A stretch of 64,000 nt of DNA. Source: Hamiltosporidium tvaerminnensis FI-OER-3-3. Its lineage: Eukaryota; Fungi; Microsporidia. The notes under the pieces are model-generated. The model searched no databases, was not told the origin of the DNA, and saw only the letters and a program-made list of their open reading frames with translations. Position 1 is the first letter of the stretch. Each line of letters opens with the position of its first letter. This document shows positions 32,076 through 44,245 of the stretch, in pieces. The DNA lies in the NCBI GenBank assembly GCA_022605425.2, contig CM061256.1, positions 248,001 through 312,000 of the forward strand, given 5' to 3'. The position numbers and the translations under genes were made by a program.

Positions 32076-33821
32076 TTAACCCGTAAAAGGCCCCACACAC
32101 GAAATAATATTTCTGTACCCAAACTTTACACAGTAAATTGGAGTCCCTTTAGTAAAATATGTCCCTAAACATACTTTATCAGCCTTATCCCATAATCTAA
32201 CACTATTATCACCTGCAGAACTAACAAGTAAATTACCAAAATAACAGAACCCAACACTATAGACTGCTTTTTCATGTCCCAAATACTCATTAATAATAGA
32301 ACATGTATTGATATCCCATAATATAACACTACCATCCTTACAACCACTCAACAAATATCTTCCACAATGCGAAACAGACAAACAAGTTACACTATCTTTG
32401 TGTCCATTATAAGTTCTTACGATACTTCCTTCTAAAACATCATACATTCTTATCTTTTGATCACTACTTCCTGTAAATATGTACATACCATTGGGATGGT
32501 ATTTGACACATAAGACATCACTCAATGCACCTACTAATAATCTTACAACTCCTTTTATATTCCACACACTCACACACCTATCTGCACTACCACTACACCA
32601 ATAAAAATTATCATTACTCACATCCACACACCACAACGGAAAAGAATGACATTTATATCTCCCAACACATATCCACATCTCTAAACTCCACAATCTAACT
32701 GTACAGTCTTGTGAACACGATACAAGATATTTATTTGTAGAAAAAAATTTTGTACCAAAAACTGGTCCTGTGTGTCCAATAAGTTTATTTTTATTTCCAA
32801 GTGAAGTGTATAAATTATTTATATTTGAATTATTTTCAGTTACGGGTGTAGAAGTTGGACTATTTTTTTGTTTGGGAATAACTTCTCGTATATCACTCGT
32901 TTCTAATTCCGAACTACTTTTTAATTTGTAAAGTGTACCATTAACACTAAATATTTCTATTACACCACTTTGATACCCACATGCTATCAATTGTGTGTTA
33001 TCACTTATTTCTGAACAAGTCAGTTGGTCATAGGTGTTATGAAGGGTGTAACAACAGATGGAAGGAAGGGTATTTTTAGAAACGGTAACTCTTTTAGTCA
33101 AATCTTTAAGTTTTTCAATTTCTGAAGAAATATTGGAAGGGGTGTTGTGTGTAGGTATACTTAATGACTTATCAGTGTCTAAAGGTGTCTGCTCACTTCT
33201 TTGTTTCTTTAATTGTGTGACAAATGTCTCTAAATGGTCATATTTATACTGTTCGTCTTGTAATATTGCTTCTTCTGTTTCTTTAGAAACTAAGTACGTA
33301 TTAAGAGTGAGAGGAGTATTGGAAATGGGATGGTTAAGTAAACCAGGAAGGGTTGTATTGGGAGTAAGAGTGACCTTAATATCAATATATTGGTTTACAG
33401 TTTTAAGAATGTAATGAAGAGATTGTTCTTCAATAAAATTTATAAAAAGATCGAAGGCGTACTTGGAAAGTGGAAGGTAATATTTGTTGGTACGAAGAGA
33501 GTATGCCAATGTGTTTTCTCTTATATGCAATGGGTCTCGTATACTACTGAGCTGGTTAAGTTCATCTCGTTTGTGTGGAAAATCTGTGCTATGCATTTGG
33601 AAGAATTCATTTGCTTCATCCGAAGAAATGGCGACCAAATCAAAAAATGTGTGTAAAAAAAGCGGATATAGAAGGTTTAAAAGATCGTTACGAAATAAAT
33701 CTAATGAATCTTCTATCCATGATTTTAGTGAAGTGAAAGATGATTGTAAAGAAGGTTCGTTTGGTTGAAGAGTGTGACGTACAGTCTTTGGTTTTTGTGA
33801 ATCTGGATCTGGTGATTGCAT
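32076..33821 (-). CDS. TAF5: TFIID subunit 5 (NTD2 domain plus WD40 repeats)
   Basis: NTD2 motif LKSWIEDSLDLFRNDL...LYPLFLH, then LPSICCYT, LIGHTGPVFG, QDCTVRLWSL, YHPNGMYIFTGSSD and YFTKGTP. The start context is gagCCCATG. Confidence 0.95.
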   Translation of the reverse strand: MQSPDPDSQKPKTVRHTLQPNEPSLQSSFTSLKSWIEDSLDLFRNDLLNLLYPLFLHTFFDLVAISSDEANEFFQMHSTDFPHKRDELNQLSSIRDPLHIRENTLAYSLRTNKYYLPLSKYAFDLFINFIEEQSLHYILKTVNQYIDIKVTLTPNTTLPGLLNHPISNTPLTLNTYLVSKETEEAILQDEQYKYDHLETFVTQLKKQRSEQTPLDTDKSLSIPTHNTPSNISSEIEKLKDLTKRVTVSKNTLPSICCYTLHNTYDQLTCSEISDNTQLIACGYQSGVIEIFSVNGTLYKLKSSSELETSDIREVIPKQKNSPTSTPVTENNSNINNLYTSLGNKNKLIGHTGPVFGTKFFSTNKYLVSCSQDCTVRLWSLEMWICVGRYKCHSFPLWCVDVSNDNFYWCSGSADRCVSVWNIKGVVRLLVGALSDVLCVKYHPNGMYIFTGSSDQKIRMYDVLEGSIVRTYNGHKDSVTCLSVSHCGRYLLSGCKDGSVILWDINTCSIINEYLGHEKAVYSVGFCYFGNLLVSSAGDNSVRLWDKADKVCLGTYFTKGTPIYCVKFGYRNIISCVGPFTG

Positions 33822-36063
33822 GGGCTCTTTTTATAGAATTTCAGTTTAAAATATATATGTTGGGAAATTTATATTAAGAGGTAAGTGATAAGTATGAAAA
33901 TAAGACGGTTGAATGAGTAAAATTATTGGTATGAAATATTAGAAGGAATAAGACTAAGAGATAACTAAATAGGATTTGAGTAAATAATAGATATAAATAT
34001 GAATTTAAGTAAGAAAGTAAAAGAAATGATATTACACTATAAATAGCAATGTAAGTATTTTTTATGATTTTTTTTGTAGAAATTTCTAATAGTTTACTTT
34101 TAAATATTTTTTTAAATTTTAAAATTCAAAAGGAATTCTTGACTTACATTTTGATTTTAATTTCATGTTTTTATATTTAAGATAGAACTAATCGCAACGG
34201 ATAAGAGTTGGAATATTAATCATACGAATAAGAGGGTAGAATTTATTTGCATATGATTAAAATGGTTATATTTGTTAATATTACAAGGAAAGGGTTTTAG
34301 ATATTTGTCTTAATCAGCCATACGATATATCTAATAAAACTTAAATTTTATATCGTAAGAAATCATGCAAAAATTAGTATTCCAAGTACAAATTATTACA
34401 ATGAAAGGACAACAAGAATAGAAGAAAAAATATAACAATTTTATTTATTTCCTTATTCAACAGCTAATTAATAGTTATTTTTTTATTACCTAAAAATATA
34501 AACCATTTTTGATCTATAAATATTCGCAAAAAAAATTTTCATTTAAAAAAAATAAACAAAATAATTAAAACTTGACAAATGTGTTGGATTAGGACTATTT
34601 AATATTTCTAGAAGACTTCAAAACCTTTTGATTGAATTTTAATCTTCTTCGTTTTACAGTCTTTAATTTAGATTCGACATACAGAAAAAATATTAAATAT
34701 ATTTATTACACATTAGAACGAAATCTTGGTTTTTTACTACAATTCACAGCCCAGTAAAGACTTTTCGTCTGCGAATTATAGTACAGAATTGAGTAAAATT
34801 GAAATTCACACATTTATTAGCAAAATTCATTTATGTTAATAAAATCATTGCTCAATTTCATAAAATTAAACATGATAGAATATTATTTTTTGTTTTTTCG
34901 ACAAAATAGAAAAAAATATAAAAAGCACCGACAAACTTGAAACTGAGATTTTTGATGTACTGTAGTAAACATTTAAATTTAATTTTACAATAATTCTTTT
35001 TTAAAAATCTTAAATTTAATAGACAGAAAAAAAGTTACACATAAAAAAAAATAAAGCATCGTAAAATTATAAGTTGTTGGCTAGGAATATTTTTTTCGAT
35101 AAGGAATTCTCTATAAAAGCCGAAGAACACCACCCGAGTTAAATGTATAAAATTGTTTGGAAAGAAGTAGATACCATGCGTCTAAATATTGAATTCTTTA
35201 AGTTAATTTGTTTTGTGCAAAGACTAACAACAAAACGTTCGAATATCTGTGGAGTAAACATATTCATGTGTATCACAGAAGATAAAGGAAGCCAGGTATA
35301 TTCTAAAAGTTTCGCTGATGATATAAAAAAAGCACGGAAAAGAAACTAGAAATTATCTAGGGATCAAATAGTAATCCCAAGAACTTTTTAAATTTTCTTT
35401 TGATGCACTCTTTATCTTTCGTTAAATGTGCGGTTTTTAGAACCGAAAACCTTAGGATGTAAAACATAAATTTCTAAAAAACTACATTATATATGTTAAA
35501 TATATAAGCCATTTATTTCTTGTGCACGCCTCCGAAGAAACAAATCTTAAAATTTAGTAAAGAAAATCCAGGTTTTTGTTCGTAAAAAAACTTAGATTGT
35601 AAATTTCAGTATAGTTTTTCAGAATTTTTATGAAGTAGTCGAAGGAAAAAAACACATTTTAATTAAAAATATAGTCTTGATGATAAACATACGTGATTTT
35701 AATTGGGATTACTCAAACAAAGGTTCTAAAAAGTTTTGGAATGGAATATTACTGTTGTATGTCAATAACACACCTAGTATGCATTAAATAAAAATATTTT
35801 CAGAAAAATGAAAGAAAAGTCAAGCCATTGTATTATTATACTTGATATTTGTACAAATAAAGTGAATTAGAATATGTAATTGATTCAAAAAAATGTGGTT
35901 TTTAGTTTTTAGTGTGAAACAAAATGTACAAGAATCATATCTGATACCTTTTCCATCAGAAAGTGTTCATGTTATTTCAATTTAATTCAAAGATTTTTAA
36001 ACATAGTAACTGTGTTCAAAACACAAAATAAACAGGTGCTACCAACTTTATTTAAAAATATGA

Positions 36064-36774
36064 CATCTTTTTAAAACAGTGGTAAGTGTTATATTTGTTT
36101 TCATGACATTAACGCAGTTCTAGGTTTAAAATAAATAACTGCTACCCCACCACTCTATCGGAAACCCCTGCGATACCTACATCTCAAGGCCTTTCATCTA
36201 TCAGGTGTGTAGAACCTAATTACTAGGCGAGGAAGTTGCCCGGAGTTCGTTAATGTCCGTTGTATGGAGTGTGATCGAAGGCCGAAGCCCCCCTAAGCTT
36301 CCCCCCAAGACTAAGCAGCATTCCCACTTACTTTATACTTTCTGAACCCAATAAACTTCTAGCTAAGATATATTTCAGAGATTTACATGGGGTCCACCTA
36401 GACAGTGCAATGTCATACCAACAGGTATAACCTGCTACTTAGCTTTCCTGGCTTTAAATGGTTTTTGTTCTATATCTCTTAGGCGTCAAGTCTTCTAACC
36501 CGAGTGACCAAGGCTAGGTTTCCATGCTTTTACATGGAAATTATCTACAAGTTTAGCTGCGGTCTGCAATCTGGTTACATAAAAAACTACAAATAAATCT
36601 GTAGAAAAAGTTTCACCATTTCTTAGATTTCTACTCCTCATAACATCTCCCATGGAACAACCGAAGATGTGGTGTGGTTTTATTCCCACCAAAAATCCAA
36701 ACAAAGATCTCACACTAGTTTCACACACTCATTGCCCAGCAGAAAGTTTTTTATGTGGTTATACTCCCTCCATA
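36064..36774 (-). mobile_element. Family C dispersed repeat, second copy
   Basis: Homologous to 29626..30328. Confidence 0.75.
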
Positions 36775-38138
36775 CCTTGCAATCAATATAATAATTATTT
36801 TTAAAAAAATAAAATTTAAAAAATAATTCATTCATTATAAAATTAACTTCCATGTCAAATTCATTTTCAAGTAAAAATACCAACGAGAACAAATATGATT
36901 TTCATGTAGGTGAAACACCGGAAAGTATAAAGTGCGAAAATTACAATGTTTTGAAGTGTCTTGTGGAAACATCGAGATCACATGATGAAAATCTCCCACT
37001 AACCAACATTACAACTCTGAGGAAACAAAAAGTTTCTATTAATGATCGGGAACGCATAATTGAAAAAACATTAGAAGGCTATTCTATGTCCGCAATTGCC
37101 TCTATGTATCGAATAAATTAACAGACGGTAATAGTATCGTTAGACAATATCTAAAAACCGGCTTGGTATTTGTCGAGAAAAGAGGTGGTGATAGGCGCTC
37201 AAAGTTAACTTGGGAAATAAAAGAGATCTTACAAACCTATGTTGATTTAAAGTGTACAAAAACCCTGTATGAGTTGGCAGAATGGGTCAAATGCACATTT
37301 AATGTTGATGTGTCAATTAGTACAATTAATCGCCTACTAAAGATGTTAAATTACAGTCCAAAGCGTGTAACATTGGTGCCTGAGCGTATAAATTCACTTT
37401 CGACAATTGAGCTAAGAACCAATTATGCAACTAGTTTTCGTGAGTTGGAGGTTGATAACGATGACAAAAACTTTGTCTTTTTAGATGAAGAAGGGTTTGT
37501 GGTAGTAACACGGACCAACAGAGGTCGTAATATGAGAGGTGAATCTTCATACTTATCTGTAATTGCAGCCCGAAGTAGAAATATTTCAGTAGTCGCAGCA
37601 ATGAATAAATATGGTATGATATACCTTGATTCATGAGAGGGCCGTAAAAGATAAGGATTTTAAATTATCCATCAAGGAGATTAATGAAAGTTGTCAACGG
37701 CAAGGAATTTTGATTCCTATATTTGTAATGGACATTGCGAGAGTTCATCTTTATCGTGAATTGAATGATGATGAGGAAATTGCTTCGATTCGAATAAAAT
37801 ATCTTCCACCTTACTCTCCATTTCTTAATCCAATTGAGAAGTTATTCTGTCTGGAAAAATAAAGTAATTCGAGGTGGTGCTCGTAATGAGCCTAAGTTGG
37901 GAATATTAATTTTTGAAAAATTCAATGAGATCACGGGAGAATATGGTAGTTCTTTTTACCGTAAAATTTTAGGATATTTGCAAAAGGCTGAAGTAGGGCA
38001 AGTGATTCTTGAATAATAAATCTCAAGTACTATTTATAATTTTATTTTTTAAATTTATATTTTAAAAATAATTATTATATTGATCGAAAAATTATATTAT
38101 TGAATGCAAGGATTATGATATTGATCGAAAAACCCCAT
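36775..38138 (+). mobile_element. Disrupted IS630-Tc1-mariner transposon (DD34E)
   Basis: HTH region KRGG..SKLT, then FLDEEGF and VMD.ARVH...YLPPYSPFLNPIE with 34 residues between D and E. Inverted repeats: ccttgcaatcaatataataattattttt at 36775 and its complement at 38040..38111. One stop and several frameshifts. Confidence 0.9.
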
Positions 38139-38805
38139 AATTACATTTAAGTTTCTAAACTCAGTATGTTAATTAGAAGTTGATTTTATAAACCAATTCA
38201 AAATAAATGTTCACTAATAAAATAATGAAATAAAAATACAATTTAAACCAATTCAAAATCTTAAAGAGAAACGCAGCAGACCGGAATCTGTAACTTTTAT
38301 AAAGAGGTCAATTTAGCAAGAGAAAGAGTTTTTTTTATGAATAGTAAACGAAATAAGATACTGACAAAGGCGGCAGCATTTTCTAATGTATAAAAAACAA
38401 TTGGATTACTTATTCTTTTTTAAATAAAATATATTGCGCCAATAATAATTTCTTCTGTATATTTGAAAATATTTTTTGATTAAAAAAGATAAAAATAAAA
38501 TTTGGTCCTGTCTTTAGACAAATTTTAATATTTTAATTAAACATTGAAGTGTAAAAAAGGCTAGATCGCTTTGAAAATATTTATTATTCTTCATTGAAAA
38601 CGAATTTATTCATAAAAAAAATTTAAATCCACCTTTATTAGCGATTTTCATCAATTGAACATAAGTAACTTTTTTTTACAAATTTTTAAATATTTTTTAA
38701 TAAAACTAAATTTAAATGGTTTTTAATTTTTTAAAGATAAAAACCAATTAATTAATTAAATATATACTTATATAATTAGATTACAATATCCATAATTATA
38801 TTTTA

Positions 38806-41160
38806 ATGAATAGTTTTACAGTTTTGAAGAAAAAAATAATTGTAAGAATTCAAATATTCTATATTTTGTTTCATATTATGAATGCGTTTACATTATTTAA
38901 ACTTGTTTCCTCTCATAGATTTAACTATACTTTCAGATGTAATGAAAAAACTGAAATTCTAATATATAGAGAAAAACAAGAAGAAGAGATGTTTGACGAG
39001 GTAATGAATGAAGAATATGAACTTTTATTATCACTTAGCGTTGATAATGAGAATATTTATGATGATGAACCGATTTTTGCCTACGGAAAAGAAAATAATA
39101 TTCAATTTGATGTTTTAAACAATATTTTGAAAGAATATACATCGAAAACCAACTTTAAATGTGGAAAGATTCAATGTAGCTACGAATTATCTTATTTTTT
39201 ACGATTATCGAGAGATATAACCGAATTGCCTAATTATTTTAATAATTATCAATTAAAATGTATGTTGACGACTTTGAAATATTTAAAGGCAATAGAAAAC
39301 AAAAATATAGTTAAATTTTTCATAGCCTTAGTCTTCAATGATTGTAATTGTGATAATATTAACGAATCTAAGAAAAATAGTGTTGATTTTGAATATATTA
39401 CTTGGTCTGATTTTATAACCAAAATTGATAGAAATATGAAAACCAATCTTCTCTCTGGTTTTATGAGTTATTTTATGATAGAATTTGTTTTCAATGATGG
39501 GAATTTAATTTTATTGGAAAATACAAATGATTACTATGATATTTTACTTTTTGATAAAAATATTCCATTTAAGCATTTATTGATAAAGAATTTTAAAATA
39601 TTTTTTGCCTTAGAAAATATTTATAAAAATCCTCGTTCTTTGAATATTTTTCGTGTTTTGTTGGATGAATTAAATTTAAAGTCCCTGATAATAAATAATT
39701 GTAAAGCCTCGGAAATTCTTGATGTGAGATTTCCTGATTATATTTTTTCTATGTTAATCTTCAAATCAATGATAGTTTCAAATATAACTAACTGGTATAT
39801 ATTCGTTTCATATTGGCTATATTATAGCATCGATGAAAATATAGAATGTTTAACTTTGAAAAATATAAAGTTCTTTACAGATGATTTAAATTTTTTTTTA
39901 AGAAAACCAAAACTCAAAGGATTGGTATTAGATACTGTAAAATCAATTATAAATTCTAATATAATTGATGATTGTGTGGAATTGATTGAAACATTAGAAT
40001 TTGTCGATTTTAGAAATATAGATATCAATTATAACTGGTGGAAATGTTTTTTTCTGAAAGCAAATGCCACAAGCATTATACTTTTCTTTGATACATTAAC
40101 ATCCCAGAAAAAATTTTTAAATGGGTTTGGGAAATTAAGAAAAAATATGGATCTTGTGCGTCTCAAAATTATGTTCTTTGACTTTGAAATTTCCGAAAGT
40201 TTTTGTTATTCTTTAAGACTTTTAAATAATTTAAAAAATTTAAAACTTTTTAATTATCAAATTAATAAAAAATCAGAAATATGTTTATTTAAAGCAATTA
40301 GAAGTTTGAAAGAATTAAAAAAGCTGGCAATACAAAATCCTAAATTTTGTAAAACCCAATGCAATTATTCTCTTAAAAGCAAGAATATCATAGTGCTTTC
40401 TCTAGAAAACATTTTTTCAGATGATAAGACACAACTCTTGGCTTCTATATTTAGTTTTACTTTCATAACTAAATTTTTTTTGACAAATATATTTATTACA
40501 CATGCCCTATTAGTTAAAATATTTAAAATGAAAAATCTCATACAATTGTCTTTAAAGTTCTGTACCATAGAGTCTATTATAAATCCACAACCTCTTGATT
40601 TCTCGGCACGAAATATTAAATCATTAAATATATATGACACCAACTGGAACAATTTACAATATTTCGATATTTTAGGTAAACTTGACAACATAGAATTCTT
40701 GGATATATCATTATGTGGTCTGAGTGCGAGTTATCTTAAAAATCTAAGCCCGGGTTGTAATTTAAAATTAAAATCGGTCTCATGTGAATCCGGAATTTTA
40801 GATATTGATGATTTAAATATAATCGGAAAACTTGAGATTATTGAAGAATTAAATCTATCTAACTGTGTATTCCATAATAGTGGATTTTTTAAATTAGGTG
40901 AAAATTGCAAATTCTTTAATTCCTTAAAGAATTTGGATTTGATGTTTGTCGATATATCTATAGAAGATCTTAATTTTATAAGAAAATTTAAAAACCTAAA
41001 AAATCTTTCACTAACACTCTCCGGTTTGGATTTACTTTATGTAAAAAGCTACATCGTTTCACTACACTTAAATCAATTTATAACAAATATTATTACGTAC
41101 GATGAGAACTTTAAAAGCTTACTTGAAAATCTTAACGAAATGAACATTAATAATGGTTAA
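38806..41160 (+). CDS. 784-aa LRR family protein, third paralogue
   Basis: Intact ORF with a hydrophobic N-terminus. Shares YELSYFLRLSRDI, YQLKCML..LK.LKA.EN, LNLKSLI and LEFVDFR...WW with the other LRR genes. Confidence 0.88.
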   Translation: MNSFTVLKKKIIVRIQIFYILFHIMNAFTLFKLVSSHRFNYTFRCNEKTEILIYREKQEEEMFDEVMNEEYELLLSLSVDNENIYDDEPIFAYGKENNIQFDVLNNILKEYTSKTNFKCGKIQCSYELSYFLRLSRDITELPNYFNNYQLKCMLTTLKYLKAIENKNIVKFFIALVFNDCNCDNINESKKNSVDFEYITWSDFITKIDRNMKTNLLSGFMSYFMIEFVFNDGNLILLENTNDYYDILLFDKNIPFKHLLIKNFKIFFALENIYKNPRSLNIFRVLLDELNLKSLIINNCKASEILDVRFPDYIFSMLIFKSMIVSNITNWYIFVSYWLYYSIDENIECLTLKNIKFFTDDLNFFLRKPKLKGLVLDTVKSIINSNIIDDCVELIETLEFVDFRNIDINYNWWKCFFLKANATSIILFFDTLTSQKKFLNGFGKLRKNMDLVRLKIMFFDFEISESFCYSLRLLNNLKNLKLFNYQINKKSEICLFKAIRSLKELKKLAIQNPKFCKTQCNYSLKSKNIIVLSLENIFSDDKTQLLASIFSFTFITKFFLTNIFITHALLVKIFKMKNLIQLSLKFCTIESIINPQPLDFSARNIKSLNIYDTNWNNLQYFDILGKLDNIEFLDISLCGLSASYLKNLSPGCNLKLKSVSCESGILDIDDLNIIGKLEIIEELNLSNCVFHNSGFFKLGENCKFFNSLKNLDLMFVDISIEDLNFIRKFKNLKNLSLTLSGLDLLYVKSYIVSLHLNQFITNIITYDENFKSLLENLNEMNINNG

Positions 41161-41796
41161 TATATATTTTTAATTTACTCGTATTTACTTTTGATTTTTT
41201 TAATTAGGATTCGAGTGTGTGGAAAAATAAACAGTTAAATTTTACTTAAATTCGATCTCCAATGTTTAATTGAACATTACTTTACCTTTTCCATGCCAAA
41301 GATTGATTATATCTTGAGTTTTAGTATTTTAAAAAAATTTATATCGTTAATTTTCTTCGTTCGACTAAATTACATATAAAAGTAATTTTTCGTATCGTAA
41401 AAACCATAAAAAAATATTTCCAGTTACAAATGAAATTCTGATGCATTGATTATCAAAGTATGTATTCAATCAGAAAAAATTAAGATCTTTCTATTTAGAT
41501 TTAAAGATATTAAATCAATTTATTCTAAAAAGCTAATATAAGATGATTAATGAAATTTTCAACTTTTTTTTATTTACATCATAACCAAAAAAATCGTTTT
41601 ATACAGATATTTCACAATAAATTACATATTGATGCCATTACGGCATTTTCACAGCGATTTTAAACCGCCTTAATGATATTTTCATTCATATTATTTGTTT
41701 TATTGTTCATGTATGCTTGAAAAAAATATTTTGTGAAGCATCTATTAGCTATTTAAAATTTTTGCCTTAAATTTTTATAAAGTTAACACTACCTTC

Positions 41797-42020
41797 AGGT
41801 AAAGGAAAGATAACTACATTAAAAATTTTCTGCTTGGAAATGAGTGTATTTAAATAGTTTAAGATCATTGTAGCCAATTTGTAGGATATAAAACACAATA
41901 GATCCTTAGGCCAATCCGCTATAATTTCGAGTTACAACGGATTAAAAGAAACAAATGAAAGTTTTTCATTTGTTCATCCTCAACACCGAGAGGTAAAAGA
42001 GGACTATAAGTAAGTTAGTA
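41797..42020 (+). mobile_element. SINE-like family B copy
   Basis: Head H plus tail tttgttcatcctcaacaccgagaggtaaaagaggac...taagtaag, which matches the RTE 3' end at 48562..48612. Confidence 0.7.
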
Positions 42021-43150
42021 ACGTTACTTTTAGCTATTGGTATTTAAATGAGCCTAATAAATTTTTTGTTCACAAAATATTTGTTTTATGTTTCGTTTTT
42101 TTTCAAACCTGACCTGGTATATTTCTACTCAATTTTTTATTTTCCATAAATAAAAATTGTTTCCATTCTCTTTTAAACCTCAATTGTATACTTAATTCTA
42201 ATTTTTAGATATTAAAAGTTTCGGATAAATTTAATCTTTTGATTCACAATTGATGCGAAATTATATTTACTAAAAAAAATTGTAGCATTGTATTTTTTAA
42301 ATTATAGGCATCAGTTACAGCATAACTCTAGTTCCTATGTTCTATGATTTTGCAATAAACTCTTTCATAGCAGTTGATTTCAATGTCAATAGCATAATTT
42401 TTTTTTCTATAATAATTTCTTTAGACTTGTTTTTGTAATATCTATCAGCTTCTGTTCTGGTATATTATTTTATTTACAGGTATCAAATATCAAATAAGCA
42501 TTTACAATATGACTTAAAAATAGCTTTTATATAAATTTATATTGATTGTGCGAATATAGATGACGATTCTTAAACACTTTATTCTGATGTCATTTATATT
42601 AGTACTAAAGTATCTTTAACAACTTTTCATTAGATGTAAGCCAATTATACAGGAGTTTTAACGATTCTACCTTTATGATTTGTAATGTACAATAAACATA
42701 TGAAAACATCGACTATCAATGAAACTTTTATTTCTCCGTATTACGTCATTTTGAAAGATTACTAGCTTACTAGTTTATAAGTCGATGTTTTAGCCCAATT
42801 CAAACCTGAGATTATATTTATTCGCACAGTTCGAACTCGGATAGACCTTTAGATCGAGGTACCATTCTTTGGTAACAATTTATTTGCTTATAAATCGTTT
42901 GGAACTGTGCAGACTTTTATAAATCCTAACTTTAATAAGAATTTTCAGAAAAATACGTTTAAAACATCCAAAATATTCTTTAGCTTTGATGGATATAGTT
43001 CAGGTAAAACTAAAGAACTAAAAATATGCCAATTTTCTTTGTTATAATTTTAATCTATGCTTAATTGATTATTTAACGCATCGGAGCACTAAATATCGAA
43101 ATTTTTCCAGCCGATCTATATTATTCTAATATATTTTTATTTACTTTGAG

Positions 43151-44245
43151 CACTAAGAAAAGTTTAGAAGAAGCTCAACTTGCAAAACTATATAACGAAA
43201 TAGAAAAACGAAAACTCCATTCAAAGTTATATAATGCAAGGAAAAAAAAGCTTGGGAGTGTTAGTGACTCTTCAAGATAGTTAAAGAGAGGAAATATTAG
43301 GCCACGAAATGAAGCTGTGTTCTGCTATATCCAGGATAGAAATGTATTCTGGGGAGCAGATGGTGTGTGTCAACATTGCGGGAAGTCTGGTAAGACTGTA
43401 GATCATCTAGCAACTCGATGTGAAAAAATGCTAGGCCATGATTACACTAGACGGCATAATGAAGTGGTTAGATGCCTACACCTACTTCTCCTAAATAGAT
43501 ATAAGTTTAAGTCTTCAAAACGAATAAGGAGTCACTCAGTTCAAGAAATTCTTGATAATGAGTATGCAGAGATAAGAGTGGACACCAGAATTAAAACTGA
43601 TGTTAAAATTCGGAATAACAGACCGGACATATTTATTTTAGATAAGAAGAAGAATAAGATAACACTAATTGAAGTAGGAATTACTTCCCAAGATTCACTT
43701 CAAATAGTTGAAACTGAAAAAATTAGGAAGTATGACCTGCTAGCCAATGAGTTGGGTCTTATTTATAGGTGTAGTGTTGAGATAATCCCTTATGTGATGA
43801 CCTGGGACGGTATTGTGACAAAATACCATAAATCTCATCTTAAAAGACTAGAAATACCCATGAATGTAGAGGCATACATTCAGTCTATAGTACTTAAGAA
43901 AACAGTCGAAACAATTTCCTTTGATCGACGAAGAGGACTTGAGTCAGGACTAAATGCCGAAGAGAGCCGGGAGAGGGCGTCAATGGGTGTTATTATGAGA
44001 TCAGAGATGCATGAGGAACCAATACCCCCTTTAAAAGAAGCGAAAAGAGAGGAAGATGGTGTTAAAACTTTAAAACCAAAAAATAAAGCAACCTTATTTC
44101 ACAAGGAGGAACCACTTTGGAGGAACCGACCAATAACATAAATGAAGAGTCGGATGTGGAAGAAGAGACAATAGTGGTTAAAGAGGTAGAAGAAAACATA
44201 TAAAAATGTTAAAATATTTTAACCCAGAATTTTATTAAATAAAAA
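43151..44245 (+). mobile_element. 5'-truncated R4/Dong-like RLE retrotransposon (CCHC plus endonuclease)
   Basis: ORF 43317..44141 keeps KRIRSHSVQEILDNEYAEIRVD in frame; canonical 3' terminus; no clear TSD. Confidence 0.93.

Noticed and set aside
36210-36245. HDV-like core in family C (act-tcctcgcct-agt on the minus strand)
   Set aside because: No P2 partner was found and the pairing is lost in the 30150 copy.
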